A stretch of 64,000 bases of DNA from an uncultured Verrucomicrobiae bacterium (GTDB lineage: Bacteria; Verrucomicrobiota; Verrucomicrobiia; Chthoniobacterales; UBA10450): the NCBI GenBank assembly GCA_963726745.1, contig CAVSDR010000006.1, positions 512,001 to 576,000 of the forward strand, given 5' to 3'. Shown here in pieces: positions 61,890 to 64,000 of the stretch. The translations under genes and the position numbers were made by a program. Under the pieces are notes generated by a model. It was not told the DNA's origin. It searched no databases and worked only from the letters and a program-made list of their open reading frames with translations. Numbering within the stretch: the first letter of the stretch is position 1; each line of letters opens with the position of its first letter.

Positions 61890-62821
61890 CAGTTTCCCTT
61901 TGCCTCCAGCTTCCACTTCTTCGGCAGCTTTTGTTTCAGCGTTAGCACCGGTTCGAAGAGGTCACCCACCTCCTCTACGCGCGCGAGCACCTGCTCGGGG
62001 GTGAAACTCAGCAGCGCCGGCTTCCTTTTCTTTCGGCACTGCTCGACCTCCTCCCAGCTTACCGGCGTGGAAACTGTCGGCTGCTCCTTCGCCCGGAGCG
62101 AGTAAACGCTCACCGTCGTCTTGTGCTCGTCGTTTTGACTCCAGTCGACCAGCACTTTTCCCTCGCGCAATTTCTTCAGCATCTTATGCACGACCAGCTT
62201 CGGGTGCGCCTGCTCCAGGTGCTCGGCGAGGGCTCGGGCCAGCGCCTTGGTCTGATCAAAAATAGCCGGCGAGTTCAGCGGCACGTAGACCTGGAGACCC
62301 TTCGAGCCGCTCGTCTTGGCAAAGCTCTCGAGCTTCATTTCGCCTAACAAGTCGCGCAGCAAAAGGCCCACCTCGCAGCATTGCACCATGTCCGCCGGCG
62401 CGCCCGGGTCGAGGTCGAAAACCATCATCGTGGGCTTGGCGACGTTCCGCTTCTTGGCCAGCGATGTGTGCAGCTCGATGTCCGCCAGGTTGGCCGCCCA
62501 GACGAGCGTCGGCAGATCCTGCGCCAGGCAGTAATACATGTCGCGCTGGTTCCCTTCGCTCCAGACCTTGGCTGTCTTCACCCAGCCTGGCCGATGCGAC
62601 GGGCAGTTCTTCTCGTAGAAAAACTCCTCCTCCACGCCATTTGGGTAACGCTTTAAGGTCAGCGGCCGGTCCTGCAGATGCGGGAGGAGCACCGGCCCGA
62701 TGCGGACGTAGTAATCGATCATCTCTCCCTTGGTGAATCCGGTCTTGGGCCAGAGCACCTTCTCCAGGTTCGAGACCGGCAGCTTCCGTCCCGCCACGAT
62801 CAATTCCGCTTTCGTACCCAT
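61889..62821 (-). CDS. Stand-alone LigD polymerase (primase-polymerase) domain
   Basis: SNLEKVLWP, RPLTLKRYPNG, VFDLDP, KTSGSKGLQV, DWSQN, YSLRA, STPVSWEE. Confidence 0.9.
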   Translation of the reverse strand: MGTKAELIVAGRKLPVSNLEKVLWPKTGFTKGEMIDYYVRIGPVLLPHLQDRPLTLKRYPNGVEEEFFYEKNCPSHRPGWVKTAKVWSEGNQRDMYYCLAQDLPTLVWAANLADIELHTSLAKKRNVAKPTMMVFDLDPGAPADMVQCCEVGLLLRDLLGEMKLESFAKTSGSKGLQVYVPLNSPAIFDQTKALARALAEHLEQAHPKLVVHKMLKKLREGKVLVDWSQNDEHKTTVSVYSLRAKEQPTVSTPVSWEEVEQCRKKRKPALLSFTPEQVLARVEEVGDLFEPVLTLKQKLPKKWKLEAKGN

Positions 62822-62961
62822 GCTTCAGCGAAAGAATCGCAGCCCACCGCGCCCCCGCGTGTCACCCTCGTCGAGACTAACCCGCCGGCTCGGGCCGATC
62901 GTGCAAAACATGGCGGACCGCGCGCTTAAGCATCCGCCCTTGAACGTTGCGGGCATTATGC

Positions 62962-63435
62962 CTAACGAGGCTTGCTCTGTCGGAATGTCCGGCAGCAGAA
63001 AACCGGCAAGGTGCGTGGCTCGCCTTCGAAGATCGTGGTGTTTGTCCGAATCTGCGTCGCTCCCATGCGCGCATAGAAGCCGGCGGCGTGCGGGTCCGAC
63101 TCAATCTCAAAACTCTCATAGCCCCATCCGTAGGCGGATCGCTGCGAGTGGAGAAAAAGCGCGCGCCCAATTCCGCGACCCATTTCCGCAGGTCTCACCC
63201 AAAGATGCTCGAGACGGAGCGCGCCGTCTTCCTGGATGAAGGCGGCAAACCCAAGGGTGCGCCCTCCCGTCCGCGCCACGAAAGTCTCGTGCGTCGCAAT
63301 AAACTCCGGCGTCACTGTCAGGAGCGTGTGCCATTGCCGCAGCCACGCTTCCGGGTATCCCCAGTGGCGCTTGGCCGCGAAGGCGATCTCCGTGAGGATT
63401 TCAGCCTCGGCCGGAAGCGCAGGCGTGATTTTCAC
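62962..63435 (-). CDS. GNAT N-acetyltransferase
   Basis: AKRHWGY, LWVRPAEMGRGIGRAL, SDPHAAGFYARMG. Confidence 0.88.
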   Translation of the reverse strand: MKITPALPAEAEILTEIAFAAKRHWGYPEAWLRQWHTLLTVTPEFIATHETFVARTGGRTLGFAAFIQEDGALRLEHLWVRPAEMGRGIGRALFLHSQRSAYGWGYESFEIESDPHAAGFYARMGATQIRTNTTIFEGEPRTLPVFCCRTFRQSKPR

Positions 63436-63707
63436 AAAAGGGTTGGACTACCTAACGAGACCCCAAGGCTCGAAGGGATCATGCGCCGCGCGCCGTCGAA
63501 GGAGCGCCCAATAAGAGGAGAGGCACGAGAAGAAACCCGCATCCAGGGCCAGAAGTCGTCCGCCAGGGTATCAGCCTTCTGCATCGTGATCACGACCCGG
63601 AGTAATCCGATCACCGGGAGGCACACGCCCACCATCCCGGCGGACACCGTAAAGATGTGGATGCAGAGGTCGTCTTCGAGAGGAATTCGTGATCCCGTGG
63701 GACGCAT
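63432..63707 (-). CDS. Hypothetical membrane protein, apparently frameshifted or truncated
   Basis: Hydrophobic HIFTVSAGMVGVCLPVIGLL segment; protein-like character is lost after about 63555. Confidence 0.4.
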   Translation of the reverse strand: MRPTGSRIPLEDDLCIHIFTVSAGMVGVCLPVIGLLRVVITMQKADTLADDFWPWMRVSSRASPLIGRSFDGARRMIPSSLGVSLGSPTLL

Positions 63708-63872
63708 GGTTAAAGGTGGAGCGCTTCGTCACGGGGTCAAAACAGACCACGTGCAGAACTGCGGAAGCAGGCAATGGAACAAGGCGCGGTTGTTCTTCGC
63801 TCGCTGCCCAATCCTGGCATTTTCGTTCCGGTAGTTCGCGCCATCCGGTCCAGGCATCAGACACGACCGCCA

Positions 63873-64000
63873 TCAGATGGGCTCACTCGGCCCGCGGTCG
63901 TCGCCCAATGCCATCACCAGTTCCACAATCCCATCCCCCTCGCCGGTCTCCTCGCGCACCGGACGGAAGCCGCACTTCTCGAGCACGCGAATTGAGGCGC
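63873..64000 (-). CDS. C-terminal part of a RimJ/RimL-type GNAT acetyltransferase (partial)
   Basis: Hand translation ASIRVLEKCGF...GIVELVMAL...TGA at 63873-63875. Confidence 0.7.
   Translation of the reverse strand, partial: ASIRVLEKCGFRPVREETGEGDGIVELVMALGDDRGPSEPI

Overview
High-GC (about 65% by eye) bacterial chromosomal window of mostly housekeeping genes: rnpA-yidD-yidC-jag, recF, dnaE, glnB-glnA, ruvA, rpoZ-smpB, tatA and two tRNAs. It also carries glycogen/trehalose enzymes, an egtB-egtD operon coupled to an ABC importer, transporters and a hybrid PAS kinase. Gene style suggests Verrucomicrobiota (Chthoniobacterales-like); this is inference only. About 14 genes, including dnaE and glnA, are split by small indels, best read as uncorrected long-read errors. 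No transposase, integrase, phage gene, rRNA or CRISPR array was seen. The most striking feature is not a gene. Two non-palindromic oligomers sharing a TTAG core are scattered through the whole window: CTCGTTAGG (31 exact copies by hand count, 46 of the core TCGTTAG) and WTTAGCCRGC (22 copies). They lie inside genes in several frames, force rare codons (TTA, CTA, AGG) and occur once as a perfect inverted pair. This is the signature of a genome-wide DNA-level signal (uptake-sequence-like, Chi-like or a protein/modification site) that I do not recognise as described.
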